Source: Polyangia bacterium (lineage in GTDB: Bacteria > Myxococcota_A > Polyangia > HGW-17). From it: 13,565 nucleotides of DNA. The stretch is taken from NCBI GenBank assembly GCA_041686345.1, contig JAWLEA010000016.1, forward strand, positions 1 to 13,565. The letters run 5' to 3'. Position 1 is the first letter of the stretch; every line of letters starts with the position of its first letter. The position numbers and the translations under genes are program-made. Positions 1 through 6,972 of the stretch are shown here, one piece after another. Under the pieces are notes generated by a model, which saw only the letters and a list, made by a program, of their open reading frames with translations, was not told the origin of the DNA and ran no database searches.

Positions 1-145
1 GTCATCGCCTGAAAGCGGAATTTTACCTCATCATCTTTGTCGTAACTTCTTGAAATAGTGGCAACTATGTCGGCGAAGTTACTCCGCGCATCTGAGGCAA
101 ACTTCTTATTCAGTCAATAACCCCCATTCTGGGATGGGAACTATC
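1..145. mobile_element. MITE-like repeat element, copy A. It is cut by the window's left edge and is the inverted copy of the element at 10243..10405. Its terminal inverted repeat GGGATGGGAACT lies at 131..142.
   Basis: The reverse complement of 1..145 aligns to 10243..10390 at about 85-90% identity. Example: rc 'GATGCGCGGAGTAACTTCGCCGACATAGTTGCCACTATTTCAAGAAGTTACGACAAAG' against 'GATGCGCGGAATAACTTCGCCGACATAGTTGATACTATTTCAAGAAGTTATGACAAAG'. The 14-nt end 'ATAGTTCCCATCCC' is shared exactly. Copy B carries the matching TIR at both of its ends. Confidence 0.6.
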
Positions 146-1136
146 TGGTTATCTTACGCCAGACAGCTTCCATAAGTGGTTTGATACCTTTTTGGGTAAC
201 AGCCGAAATTGGATAAAATTCATAATCTTCAAATTGCTTACGCAATTCTTCGATTCTAGCAGGTTTACTACAAAGATCAATCTTGGACAAAACTACAATT
301 CGAGGCAATTTCGCCAGATTCGGATCGTATTTTTCCAATTCTCTGGAAAGGGTGATAAAATCTTCCCCTGGATCTCCAAATTCAGGATCCAACGGATATT
401 CAATTAAATGAACAAGCACTTTAGTTCTTTCAAGGTGTTTTAAAAAACGATGTCCCAAACCTTTCCCCTGATGAGCTCCCTCAACCAACCCCGGAATATC
501 GGCCATTACAAAATTACGCTCTCCATCAATCTGAACAACTCCAAGATTTGGAATAAGTGTAGTAAAAGGATAGTTGGCAATTTTTGGTTTGGCTGCACTT
601 ACTGAAGAAAGCAAGGTGGATTTTCCGGCATTGGGCAATCCCAATAGACCTGCCTGAGCCAGTAATTTCAATTCTAAACGTAGATTTTTTGCTTCTCCCT
701 TTTCACCGGCTGTACATTTTCTGGGTGCCTGATTTGAAGAAGAAACATAGTGAATATTCCCCCAACCTCCTGTTCCCCCTTGGGCTACAATCAAATTTTC
801 ACCATCCTTGATCAAATCTCCAAGTATCTCTTCAGTATCATCATCTATAACTGTTGTACCTACGGGGACTTTGAGAATCAGATCATCACCACCAGCGCCA
901 TATCGATCGTTTCCCTGTCCATGAGTACCGCTTTTTGCCTTGTAGTGTTTTTTATAACGAAAATCCAGAAGAGTTGAAGCTCTCTCAGTGGCCTGAATAA
1001 TAATGTCTCCGCCTTTTCCTCCATCGCCTCCGCTGGGGCCTCCTTTGGGATTATATTTTTCCCGACGGAAAGCACAACATCCATTACCTCCATTACCTGC
1101 AATTACCTCGATTTTCGCTTCATCTACAAAATTCAT
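141..1136 (-). CDS. obg: GTPase Obg (ObgE/CgtA), 331 aa. ATG start with an AGGAGA Shine-Dalgarno 7 nt upstream.
   Basis: The N-terminal Obg fold signature 'MNFVDEAKIEVIAGNGGNGCCAFRREKYNPKGGPSGGDGGKGGDII' is glycine-rich. G1 is 'GLPNAGKSTLL', G3 is 'DIPGL' and G4 is 'LSKIDL'. Architecture and length are typical of Obg. Confidence 0.95.
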   Translation of the reverse strand: MNFVDEAKIEVIAGNGGNGCCAFRREKYNPKGGPSGGDGGKGGDIIIQATERASTLLDFRYKKHYKAKSGTHGQGNDRYGAGGDDLILKVPVGTTVIDDDTEEILGDLIKDGENLIVAQGGTGGWGNIHYVSSSNQAPRKCTAGEKGEAKNLRLELKLLAQAGLLGLPNAGKSTLLSSVSAAKPKIANYPFTTLIPNLGVVQIDGERNFVMADIPGLVEGAHQGKGLGHRFLKHLERTKVLVHLIEYPLDPEFGDPGEDFITLSRELEKYDPNLAKLPRIVVLSKIDLCSKPARIEELRKQFEDYEFYPISAVTQKGIKPLMEAVWRKITR

Positions 1137-1182
1137 CTTCTATCTCCTGAAAAGATACCGTCCAAAACCGATGCTCTTCATT

Positions 1183-2724
1183 TTATTGATAATATTCTTT
1201 TTTCAGCCATTCATAAAACTTGATACATTGGTTTTCATCAAAATCTTCAAGTTTATAATCATCAATGTAAAGAATCCTGTTATCCCGAGTTCGGTGGACA
1301 AGCAAAAAAACATTATATTGATGAGCTCCAGGCTGACGAGTTATCCGACCCTTGATTTCCATATAGGCAGGATTTGGTTCTTTGTTATCTCTGCCATCAA
1401 TAATTTCGATTGCAGGCAGATAAGAAATATGTTTCAAATAACATTGTTCAATCAACCACTTGCTACCTTCCTTTTCATCTGAGGTATTAAAACCTCGAAA
1501 CAGAATTTTGCGATTAAACCCTTTTTTTGAAAATTCTTCGTCAACAACTACCTGAATTCTCTGTGTTTCCAAATATTTATAATACTTGTACCCAAATGCC
1601 AACCCCAAGAGTAGCAATAAAAGCAGGAAAAAGGTCAGCCAACTTTTTATCCAACTTAAATTCAATCCCAAAAAATTAACTGATTTTGAATTTTCAACAT
1701 TTTTATAATGTTTATCTGAAAAAATTGCTGCTTCCGGAGAACCACAATAAAAATAAAGAAGGTGATTAGGATCTCTGCGATTATCCTTGGCAATACCACC
1801 TTCCCTTGCTTTGTTCAAACTCTTTCCGAAACTTGAACCATTCAGCAATTGTCGGTAAAACTCTGAAGGATAAATTTCAGTATTCTGATCAATAAGATCG
1901 TAAAGAGTTCCAATATAATGTCTGGTATTGGAGACAAGCCAGGACTTGGCAAATTCTAATCCCTCCTGATGGTTATTTCCCCCGCAGGAATGGGAAAAAA
2001 CCAACCAGGGCATAGAACCGGTTTTGCCAATATCTCTGATCTGATCTGCAGAAAGAATTCCGTCACTGAGTTTCCAACCACATTTCCTGCCATTATCAAC
2101 GAGGTGACCAATATAATGAATCAAATCGTATTGTTTTATATATTTTTTCATCTCGGCACAACCGGGGTTGGTTTTATATCTGACTTTTAATTTTTTTTCT
2201 TTTCCCAGTTGCTGAAAGAGGGACTGCCCTTCTTCCCAACTCTGAGGAAGATTTTGCTCCGGATCGGAAACAACAATCAACAGATCCAGAGGATAAAAAT
2301 ATCCCTTTTTAATTTTTCTGTGTGAGCTTTCGGAAACCAGGATTCTGCCCAGATAAAAACGATGCAGAGCAAACTCATTGTCAAAAACAAGCAATTCCCA
2401 AGGAAGATGAAATATTTCCTCATCAAGAGTCAGAGTAAGATTACCTCTGGCTTGGGCAAGATTTCTGATTATCTCGCGAGGGAGAAGAAGAGAAGTAAGT
2501 TGCTCACCACAGGCTTTGATATCTTTAAGAATTTGATTTTCCAACCGTTCTTTACCAATTGCCAAAGAAAAATTGGAAAAAATTTCCTGACTTATTTCTT
2601 CACTTAACTTTTTATTATAAATGCTAATCCCCTTGATAAATTCCCCTCCGATACTTAGAGTACAGAGAATTTTGCCTTCATGAAACACAAGGGTAAGATT
2701 CAAAAGCAGCCTTTCTGATTCCAA
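1183..2724 (-). CDS. CHAT-domain (caspase-like, clan CD) protease carrying one internal transmembrane helix and a C-terminal domain of about 125 aa with unknown function. Predicted start is TTG at 2722-2724, with no clear Shine-Dalgarno, 10 nt after the stop of the upstream gene.
   Basis: A His/Cys dyad sits in CHAT-like context: 'DLIHYIGHLVD' (H-x-G-H) and 'PWLVFSHSCGGNN' (catalytic Cys). The upstream 'LPWELL' motif is typical of CHAT N-flanks. A hydrophobic segment 'WLTFFLLLLLLLGLAFGYKYY' follows the protease domain. The C-terminal region (QVVVDEEF...EWLKKEYYQ) matches nothing I recognise. There is no N-terminal signal peptide. Confidence 0.75.
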   Translation of the reverse strand: MESERLLLNLTLVFHEGKILCTLSIGGEFIKGISIYNKKLSEEISQEIFSNFSLAIGKERLENQILKDIKACGEQLTSLLLPREIIRNLAQARGNLTLTLDEEIFHLPWELLVFDNEFALHRFYLGRILVSESSHRKIKKGYFYPLDLLIVVSDPEQNLPQSWEEGQSLFQQLGKEKKLKVRYKTNPGCAEMKKYIKQYDLIHYIGHLVDNGRKCGWKLSDGILSADQIRDIGKTGSMPWLVFSHSCGGNNHQEGLEFAKSWLVSNTRHYIGTLYDLIDQNTEIYPSEFYRQLLNGSSFGKSLNKAREGGIAKDNRRDPNHLLYFYCGSPEAAIFSDKHYKNVENSKSVNFLGLNLSWIKSWLTFFLLLLLLLGLAFGYKYYKYLETQRIQVVVDEEFSKKGFNRKILFRGFNTSDEKEGSKWLIEQCYLKHISYLPAIEIIDGRDNKEPNPAYMEIKGRITRQPGAHQYNVFLLVHRTRDNRILYIDDYKLEDFDENQCIKFYEWLKKEYYQ

Positions 2725-2734
2725 ATCAACAGAA

Positions 2735-3571
2735 TCAATATTTTTCTATTATGGAAAAACTAACATTTTTCCCATAGGGAAAGAGGTAGTTGCTCTTTTG
2801 GTGGCCGGCTGGAAACCCAGCAAACAAAGGTATTTTCAAGTGATATTTTTTGATCAGATTGATGAAAATACTTCCGGGATTTCTACAGCCGGAAAAAGAA
2901 CCCATGATAAGTGATTTTGCCTGTTTGATATTAGTGGAAATAAGAAGATGATTCAACATTCGATCAATCTTATAAGGGGGCTCGTTAACATCTTCGAGAA
3001 TCACAATCTTGTCTTTGTAATCAGGTTCACAAGCAGTAGCTGTCATGGAACAAAAGGTTGCAAGATTCCCTCCCAATAATTCTCCAGTCAATTCGGAATG
3101 ATTTTCACATTGAAAGAGAGGTGATATTCCAGGCAATTTTCTAAAATTAAAAGAAATACTGTCAAAAAATTCCAAAATAAATTGCAAAGATTCTCTTTCA
3201 AGTAAAGGAAGTTGGGTTAAAACTGGGCCGTGAAAAGAAGCAACTCCCATCTGGCACCACAATTCCAGCAATATGGTAATATCTGAAAAACCCACCAGAG
3301 GCTTGGGGTTATTGCTCAAAGCAGTTCTCAACCTTTTATGATCTAATCTCATTGCTCCGTATCCACCCCTGGCAGCCAAAATTAAATTGATTTTTTTATC
3401 ATTAAGAGCCCTGATTATACTCTCAGTACGTTCTTTGTCATCTCCTGCCAAATATTTTGTATCTGATTTTTTAACAGCAAAAATCCTGAAAGGAAGCTTC
3501 CTCAACAGTTCCAAACCTTGATTAAATCTTGACAACTGAACAGGTCCGCTTGGAAAAACAATACCAATCAA
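2735..3571 (-). CDS. ldcA: LD-carboxypeptidase, peptidase family S66 (LdcA/MccF-like), 278 aa. TTG start with a strong GGAGGTG Shine-Dalgarno 6-7 nt upstream.
   Basis: The N-terminal 'IGIVFPSGPV' matches the S66 consensus IGIIAPSS. 'GGYGAMRL' is present. The nucleophile motif is 'GFSDIT' (Ser). A C-terminal 'GHQ' His lies near 'FPAGH'. A TGA stop sits immediately upstream in frame, so the TTG is the first possible start. Confidence 0.85.
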   Translation of the reverse strand: MIGIVFPSGPVQLSRFNQGLELLRKLPFRIFAVKKSDTKYLAGDDKERTESIIRALNDKKINLILAARGGYGAMRLDHKRLRTALSNNPKPLVGFSDITILLELWCQMGVASFHGPVLTQLPLLERESLQFILEFFDSISFNFRKLPGISPLFQCENHSELTGELLGGNLATFCSMTATACEPDYKDKIVILEDVNEPPYKIDRMLNHLLISTNIKQAKSLIMGSFSGCRNPGSIFINLIKKYHLKIPLFAGFPAGHQKSNYLFPYGKNVSFSIIEKY

Positions 3572-3715
3572 TCAAACACCTCCGCCATTAATTGGAGAAA
3601 TATTCCCCTTACATAAAGATAAAACCTTAATTTGTGGGCAGGGAAAATAAAGATGGGAAAAAACAATGAAAATTTAAGAACAATTTATTAATGAAATATG
3701 CTTTGCTCAAATTTA

Positions 3716-4558
3716 CTATTTTTCATCTTTTTTCTTTTTCTTGCTTTTCTTTTTCTTACTTTTCTTTTTCTTGCTTTTCTTTTTCTTACTTTTCTTTTTC
3801 TTGCTTTTCTTTTTCTTTTGTTTATCTTCACTTTGTTCAGGCTCTTCAGGTGCTGAATCAGAACTCTTTTCCGATTCAGAATCATCGGAATCGGTTTCAG
3901 GTGTTTCAAGTTCTGCTTCTTCCAGGTTAGAAGTATCTTCCGAAGTCTCTTTGTTTTCATCTTTTTCAGAAACTTCATCTGTTTCTTCCTCAACTTCGTC
4001 TTCCTCAAGAGTTTCTTCTTCCTCCGCAGAAACATCTGTTGCCGGGGAGGTTTCTTCCTCAACTTCGTCTTCCTCAAGAGTTTCTTCTTCCTCCGCAGAA
4101 ACATCTGTTGCCGGGGAAGTTTCTTCCTCAACTTCGTCTTCCTCAGGAGTTTCTTCTTCCTCCGCAGAAACATCTGTTGCCGGGGAAGTTTCTTCCTCAA
4201 CTTCGTCTTCCTCAGGAGTTTCTTCTTCCTTATTTCTGATTGGTTCTTCCAACTGAATTTCGGAATCAGTCAACTTCTCCATTTTTTTGAGATTGTCAGC
4301 GCTGAGTTCCACCCAAGCCAATTCCATTTGACTGTCGGAATCACGTTTAACTTTTTCTTTGACCGATTTTACAACACAATCACCCTCTATTTCCATGTCT
4401 TCGGTTTTTAATATAATTTTCAATTCTGTTGCAACAGGCATGGGTTTTTCTTCTGTAATTCTTATTTTATTGGAAGAACTGATAAAAATCTGTGCATCCT
4501 CAGTCAGAAGTATATCTCCATAAAAAACATTTCCTTGCATTGCTTTATCTTTACTCAT
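3716..4558 (-). CDS. Charge-block protein with three parts: an N-terminal globular domain of about 95 aa, 3.4 tandem copies of an acidic 23-aa repeat (EEETPEEDEVEEETSPATDVSAE), and a C-terminal (KKKKS)6-KKKKKDEK tail. The likely start is the ATG at 4558 (MSKDKAMQG...) with a GGAGA Shine-Dalgarno. The ORF track begins at a TTG at 4603 that lacks one.
   Basis: The long ORF spans the entire repeat region in one frame. The repeats are near-identical at DNA level (69-nt period). The extreme composition is consistent across the ORF. The N-terminal domain is non-repetitive (ILLTEDAQIFISSSNKIRITEEKPMPVATELKIILKTEDMEIEGDCVVKSV). Confidence 0.6.
   Translation of the reverse strand: MSKDKAMQGNVFYGDILLTEDAQIFISSSNKIRITEEKPMPVATELKIILKTEDMEIEGDCVVKSVKEKVKRDSDSQMELAWVELSADNLKKMEKLTDSEIQLEEPIRNKEEETPEEDEVEEETSPATDVSAEEEETPEEDEVEEETSPATDVSAEEEETLEEDEVEEETSPATDVSAEEEETLEEDEVEEETDEVSEKDENKETSEDTSNLEEAELETPETDSDDSESEKSSDSAPEEPEQSEDKQKKKKSKKKKSKKKKSKKKKSKKKKSKKKKKDEK
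3741..3830. repeat. 30-nt-period tandem repeat, 3 copies (TTTTCTTGCTTTTCTTTTTCTTACTTTTCT), that encodes the (KKKKS)n tail.
   Basis: Direct reading of 3741..3830. Confidence 0.9.
3978..4230. repeat. 69-nt tandem repeat in about 3.5 near-identical copies, with unit starts at 3991, 4060, 4129 and 4198. It encodes the acidic 23-aa repeat.
   Basis: The unit is 'CAACTTCGTCTTCCTCAAGAGTTTCTTCTTCCTCCGCAGAAACATCTGTTGCCGGGGAGGTTTCTTCCT'. Copies differ by 1-2 SNPs (caagag/caggag, ggagg/ggaag). Confidence 0.9.
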
Positions 4559-4664
4559 TTTTTTCTCCAATACTTCATGTTCAACTTTTACAATATTTTG
4601 CAAGAATCATTTTCCAATTCCGCAAGTTCAACCGCAATTATTCTTTTTCATGTTCATGGTATAA

Positions 4665-5966
4665 TCAAGCCGATTGAGGAGAACCACAATAAGGACAAAA
4701 CTTGGCTCCCGGTGACAACTCTTTTTGACATTTTACACAAACAGGCTTGGCTGCTTGTTCCTGGTTTGAACCACAATTGGGGCAAAATTTGGAACCTTTA
4801 ATAATCGGTGTCTGACATTTGATACACGGAACTTTTTCTTGCTTAGATTCAAACTTGTTTCCACAATTAGGACAAAATTTAATTCCCGGTCCTACCGGAT
4901 AATTACATTTAGGGCATTTCTGTCCGGCAGCCTGCTGATGACCATGCTGCTGCCGAGTATGTTGTTGTTTACCATGTTGCTGCTGATAACCTTGTTGGGC
5001 TCCCATACCAGCCGCTGCTCCCATACCGGCCTGTTGGCGCATTTGTTGCTGGTGGGGAGGCATTCCACCCTGAGGAGGCATTCCACCCTGAGGAGGCATT
5101 CCACCACCCTGCATCCCGGGCGCCATTCCCTGGGACATCATTCCGGGCATCATAAACCCCATACCGAGTCCCATGCCCATGCCCATACCGCTTCCGGCAA
5201 CTCCACCTTCGTTCTGGGCAGCATCTCTCATGGCATAGCCCATTTGATATTGCTGAAATGCAGGCATGCTTTCTTCGAAAAGACCAAGACCAGAACGTTC
5301 GTCGATCTTTTTCTGTACTTCCTTGGGAGGACTGATGGCGTTGATACGCAAATCTTCCAACTCAAGTCCGTTCTTGGCAAAATCCTGAGCCAACCTTGCT
5401 TTGCAAGCAGCTGTTACTTCATCATACATTGCAGGCAGATCAAAAATTGATTTCATTACCTCGCCAAGAACATCGGTCATTCTTTGCACGACTGAATCAC
5501 GAACCCAATTGGCAAGATCTTTGGCAGAATATGTTTTACTGGATTTGAGTCTCTTATTGCTGAAAAGCACCGGATCGACAATTTTATAAGTCATAGTACC
5601 GAATGAACGAAGTCGAACAACTTTCAAAACGGAATCCCTAAAAGAAATGGGTTCTTTTGTGCCCCATTTTTGATCGTCAATCAAACCGGTATCAACAAAA
5701 ACAACCTCAGCTTTAAAAGGTGTTTGACCTCCAAAAGGAAGATTGATCAACTTGGAAAGAATTGGCAAATTAGCTGAAGTCAGGGTATGACGACCTGGAC
5801 CAAATGAATCCAGTGCCTGCCCTCCCCTGTAGAAAATTGCTGTTTGGGCTTCCCTGACAATTAATTGTGCTCCCAGCTTGATATCCGCATTGAGATCTTC
5901 TGGAAGACGCTTTGCCATTACTTCACGGGTTTGATCTTGAAATTCCAGTAATTCTATTATAGCCAT
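4665..5966 (-). CDS. SPFH/Band-7 (stomatin/prohibitin-like) domain protein of the COG4260 / B. subtilis YdjI type. It has a Gly/Met/Gln-rich low-complexity linker and three C-terminal zinc ribbons. ATG start with a GAGAGGAA Shine-Dalgarno.
   Basis: The N-terminal 'MAIIELLEFQDQTREVMAKRLPEDLNADIKLGAQLIVREAQTAIFYRGGQALDSFGPGRHTLTSANLPIL' resembles the YdjI family. The region of about 200-215 is coiled/EA-rich. The linker reads 'GMGMGMGLGMGFMMPGMMSQGMAPGMQGGGMPPQGGMPPQGGMPP'. Three ribbons each have C-x2-C-x9-14-F-C-P-x-C-G: 'CPKCNYPVGPGIKFCPNCG', 'CIKCQTPIIKGSKFCPNCG' and 'CVKCQKELSPGAKFCPYCG'. Confidence 0.85.
   Translation of the reverse strand: MAIIELLEFQDQTREVMAKRLPEDLNADIKLGAQLIVREAQTAIFYRGGQALDSFGPGRHTLTSANLPILSKLINLPFGGQTPFKAEVVFVDTGLIDDQKWGTKEPISFRDSVLKVVRLRSFGTMTYKIVDPVLFSNKRLKSSKTYSAKDLANWVRDSVVQRMTDVLGEVMKSIFDLPAMYDEVTAACKARLAQDFAKNGLELEDLRINAISPPKEVQKKIDERSGLGLFEESMPAFQQYQMGYAMRDAAQNEGGVAGSGMGMGMGLGMGFMMPGMMSQGMAPGMQGGGMPPQGGMPPQGGMPPHQQQMRQQAGMGAAAGMGAQQGYQQQHGKQQHTRQQHGHQQAAGQKCPKCNYPVGPGIKFCPNCGNKFESKQEKVPCIKCQTPIIKGSKFCPNCGSNQEQAAKPVCVKCQKELSPGAKFCPYCGSPQSA
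5056..5110. repeat. 21-nt tandem repeat, 3 copies (GGAGGCATTCCACCCTGAGGA), that encodes GMPPQG repeats inside the SPFH protein linker.
   Basis: Direct reading. Confidence 0.8.
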
Positions 5967-6073
5967 ATGTTCCTCTCTTAATTACCCGAAAAATATTTAC
6001 CGATTAAATTCGGGCAGAATGTCAGTCGTTTCAGCTATTCGACCAAATCAAATCATGACAAGGATATATTACT

Positions 6074-6559
6074 TTATCCAATTGTCTTCCTCAAGAGATT
6101 TTCTCTATCATTGAGATGAGTATCCATAGCTCTGAGGGAATTAGTCAATTTCATGAACAGGGGCTTTATGTTTTCACCCTCTGCAAATTTGGTTTCGATT
6201 TCTTCGAGAGCACTGAAAACTTTTTCCCGATGTTCTTCGAGTTTTTTGTCAAATTCAGCTATTGCCTCAATTGACTTGGTTTCTGTTTTGCTGCCAAAAA
6301 GATTACCGGCAAAACCCTGATTAGACCAACGCAAGCGGTCTCTAACCTTGGTCAGCAACATAGTTGCATTCTCTGCATCATTCATCAATGAAATTTTGCT
6401 TAGATCGGAAGTTATATTGTATTTTACCTGCTCCAGGCGATCGTGGACTTCTTTCATCTTGGCAGTTAAATAATCCCTGAAGGCGCGATCAGTGGCTCGA
6501 GATTGTGTTCTTTCGCGATAACCTTTATAACCTGGTATAATATAATCAAGTACAGCCAT
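6074..6559 (-). CDS. Hypothetical 161-aa soluble protein, predicted alpha-helical/coiled-coil. ATG start with an AGGAGA Shine-Dalgarno. Only 11 nt separate it from the upstream TM gene.
   Basis: Clean ORF with a good Shine-Dalgarno. Heptad-like charged sequence (KMKEVHDRLEQVKYNITSDLSKI...KKLEEHREKVFSALEEIETKF). No motif I can assign. Its position directly upstream of the SPFH gene suggests a partner role. Confidence 0.55.
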   Translation of the reverse strand: MAVLDYIIPGYKGYRERTQSRATDRAFRDYLTAKMKEVHDRLEQVKYNITSDLSKISLMNDAENATMLLTKVRDRLRWSNQGFAGNLFGSKTETKSIEAIAEFDKKLEEHREKVFSALEEIETKFAEGENIKPLFMKLTNSLRAMDTHLNDRENLLRKTIG

Positions 6560-6570
6560 AATTATCTCCT

Positions 6571-6927
6571 TTAATTAGTTGAATTTTGTTTCTTTTTGAG
6601 GACAAAGACAACAACAACAAGCACTCCTGCAATTAAAACCAGAAAAGGCCAGGTTCTGGCCATGGGAATAACATTGCTGGTACTGAGTAAAAGCAAAATA
6701 AAAAATGAAGTCAGAAAAAGGGAACCAGGCCACCAGTCGGTTGCACCACCTGAATAGGTAACAAAAGCTATAGCTGCAAACAGAATAGTTGGTATCAAAG
6801 GCCAAAGAGTTCCAAATCCTGGTCCATCAAAGGTAAAGGAAACAATTAATACAATTGCAGCTGCAAACAAGGTTGCAACTACCGGGATTAATGCAGATAT
6901 ACCGGAATTAGATTTTTCTTCACTCAT
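6571..6927 (-). CDS. Small integral membrane protein with about 4 TM helices. The likely start is the ATG at 6927 (MSEEKSN...) with an AAGGA Shine-Dalgarno 9 nt upstream. The ORF-track start at 6969 lacks one.
   Basis: Hydrophobic stretches: 'ISALIPVVATLFAAAIVLIVSF', 'LWPLIPTILFAAIAFVTY', 'WWPGSLFLTSFFILLLLSTS' and 'FLVLIAGVLVVVVFVL'. Tight spacing to the flanking genes. Confidence 0.6.
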   Translation of the reverse strand: MSEEKSNSGISALIPVVATLFAAAIVLIVSFTFDGPGFGTLWPLIPTILFAAIAFVTYSGGATDWWPGSLFLTSFFILLLLSTSNVIPMARTWPFLVLIAGVLVVVVFVLKKKQNSTN

Positions 6928-6972
6928 ATATTTATCCTTTCTTGATCTGAATAAACCAAATCGAACCAAAAA

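Noticed and set aside
1003-1482. 159-aa plus-strand ORF spanning the obg/CHAT junction, together with other short plus-strand ORFs antisense to minus-strand genes (192..407, 584..811, 750..977, 4839..5450, 7810..8169, 9357..9665, 11132..11538).
   Set aside because: They lie antisense within well-supported conserved genes such as obg. Their translations are low-complexity or hydrophobic junk, and none has a Shine-Dalgarno.
3741-4230. Possible CRISPR array, because of the regular direct repeats.
   Set aside because: The repeats are contiguous tandem copies with no unique spacers. They are in-frame coding sequence and too long (69 nt) or too short (30 nt, contiguous).
3688-4256. Alternative-frame long ORFs through the repeat region: 3688..4200 (-) Lys/Arg-rich, 3741..4256 (+) Ser-rich, and 4039..4239 (+).
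   Set aside because: These are artefacts of the low-complexity tandem repeats. They have no Shine-Dalgarno or credible N-terminus. The 3716..4558 frame has a globular N-domain and a proper Shine-Dalgarno. A residual chance remains that one of them is the real frame.
4270-4558. Calling the N-terminal domain of the charge-block protein a PilZ domain.
   Set aside because: The canonical RxxxR and D/NxSxxG motifs are not evident. Only a vague beta-rich resemblance is present.
5967-6073. A sigma70-like promoter (TTGTCA-N17-ATAGCT) and a CCCGAA...TTCGGG hairpin upstream of the SPFH gene.
   Set aside because: The -10 match is poor. The hairpin has an 18-nt loop and no T-tract. This is not enough to call either.
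6074-6559. Calling the 161-aa helical protein PspA/IM30.
   Set aside because: There is no recognisable similarity to the PspA N-terminal helix or to the overall protein, and it is too short. It stays a hypothesis, to be tested by HHpred.
6575-6805. 76-aa Cys-rich ORF in another frame inside the small TM protein gene.
   Set aside because: It is an overlapping alternative frame of a better-supported membrane protein ORF.
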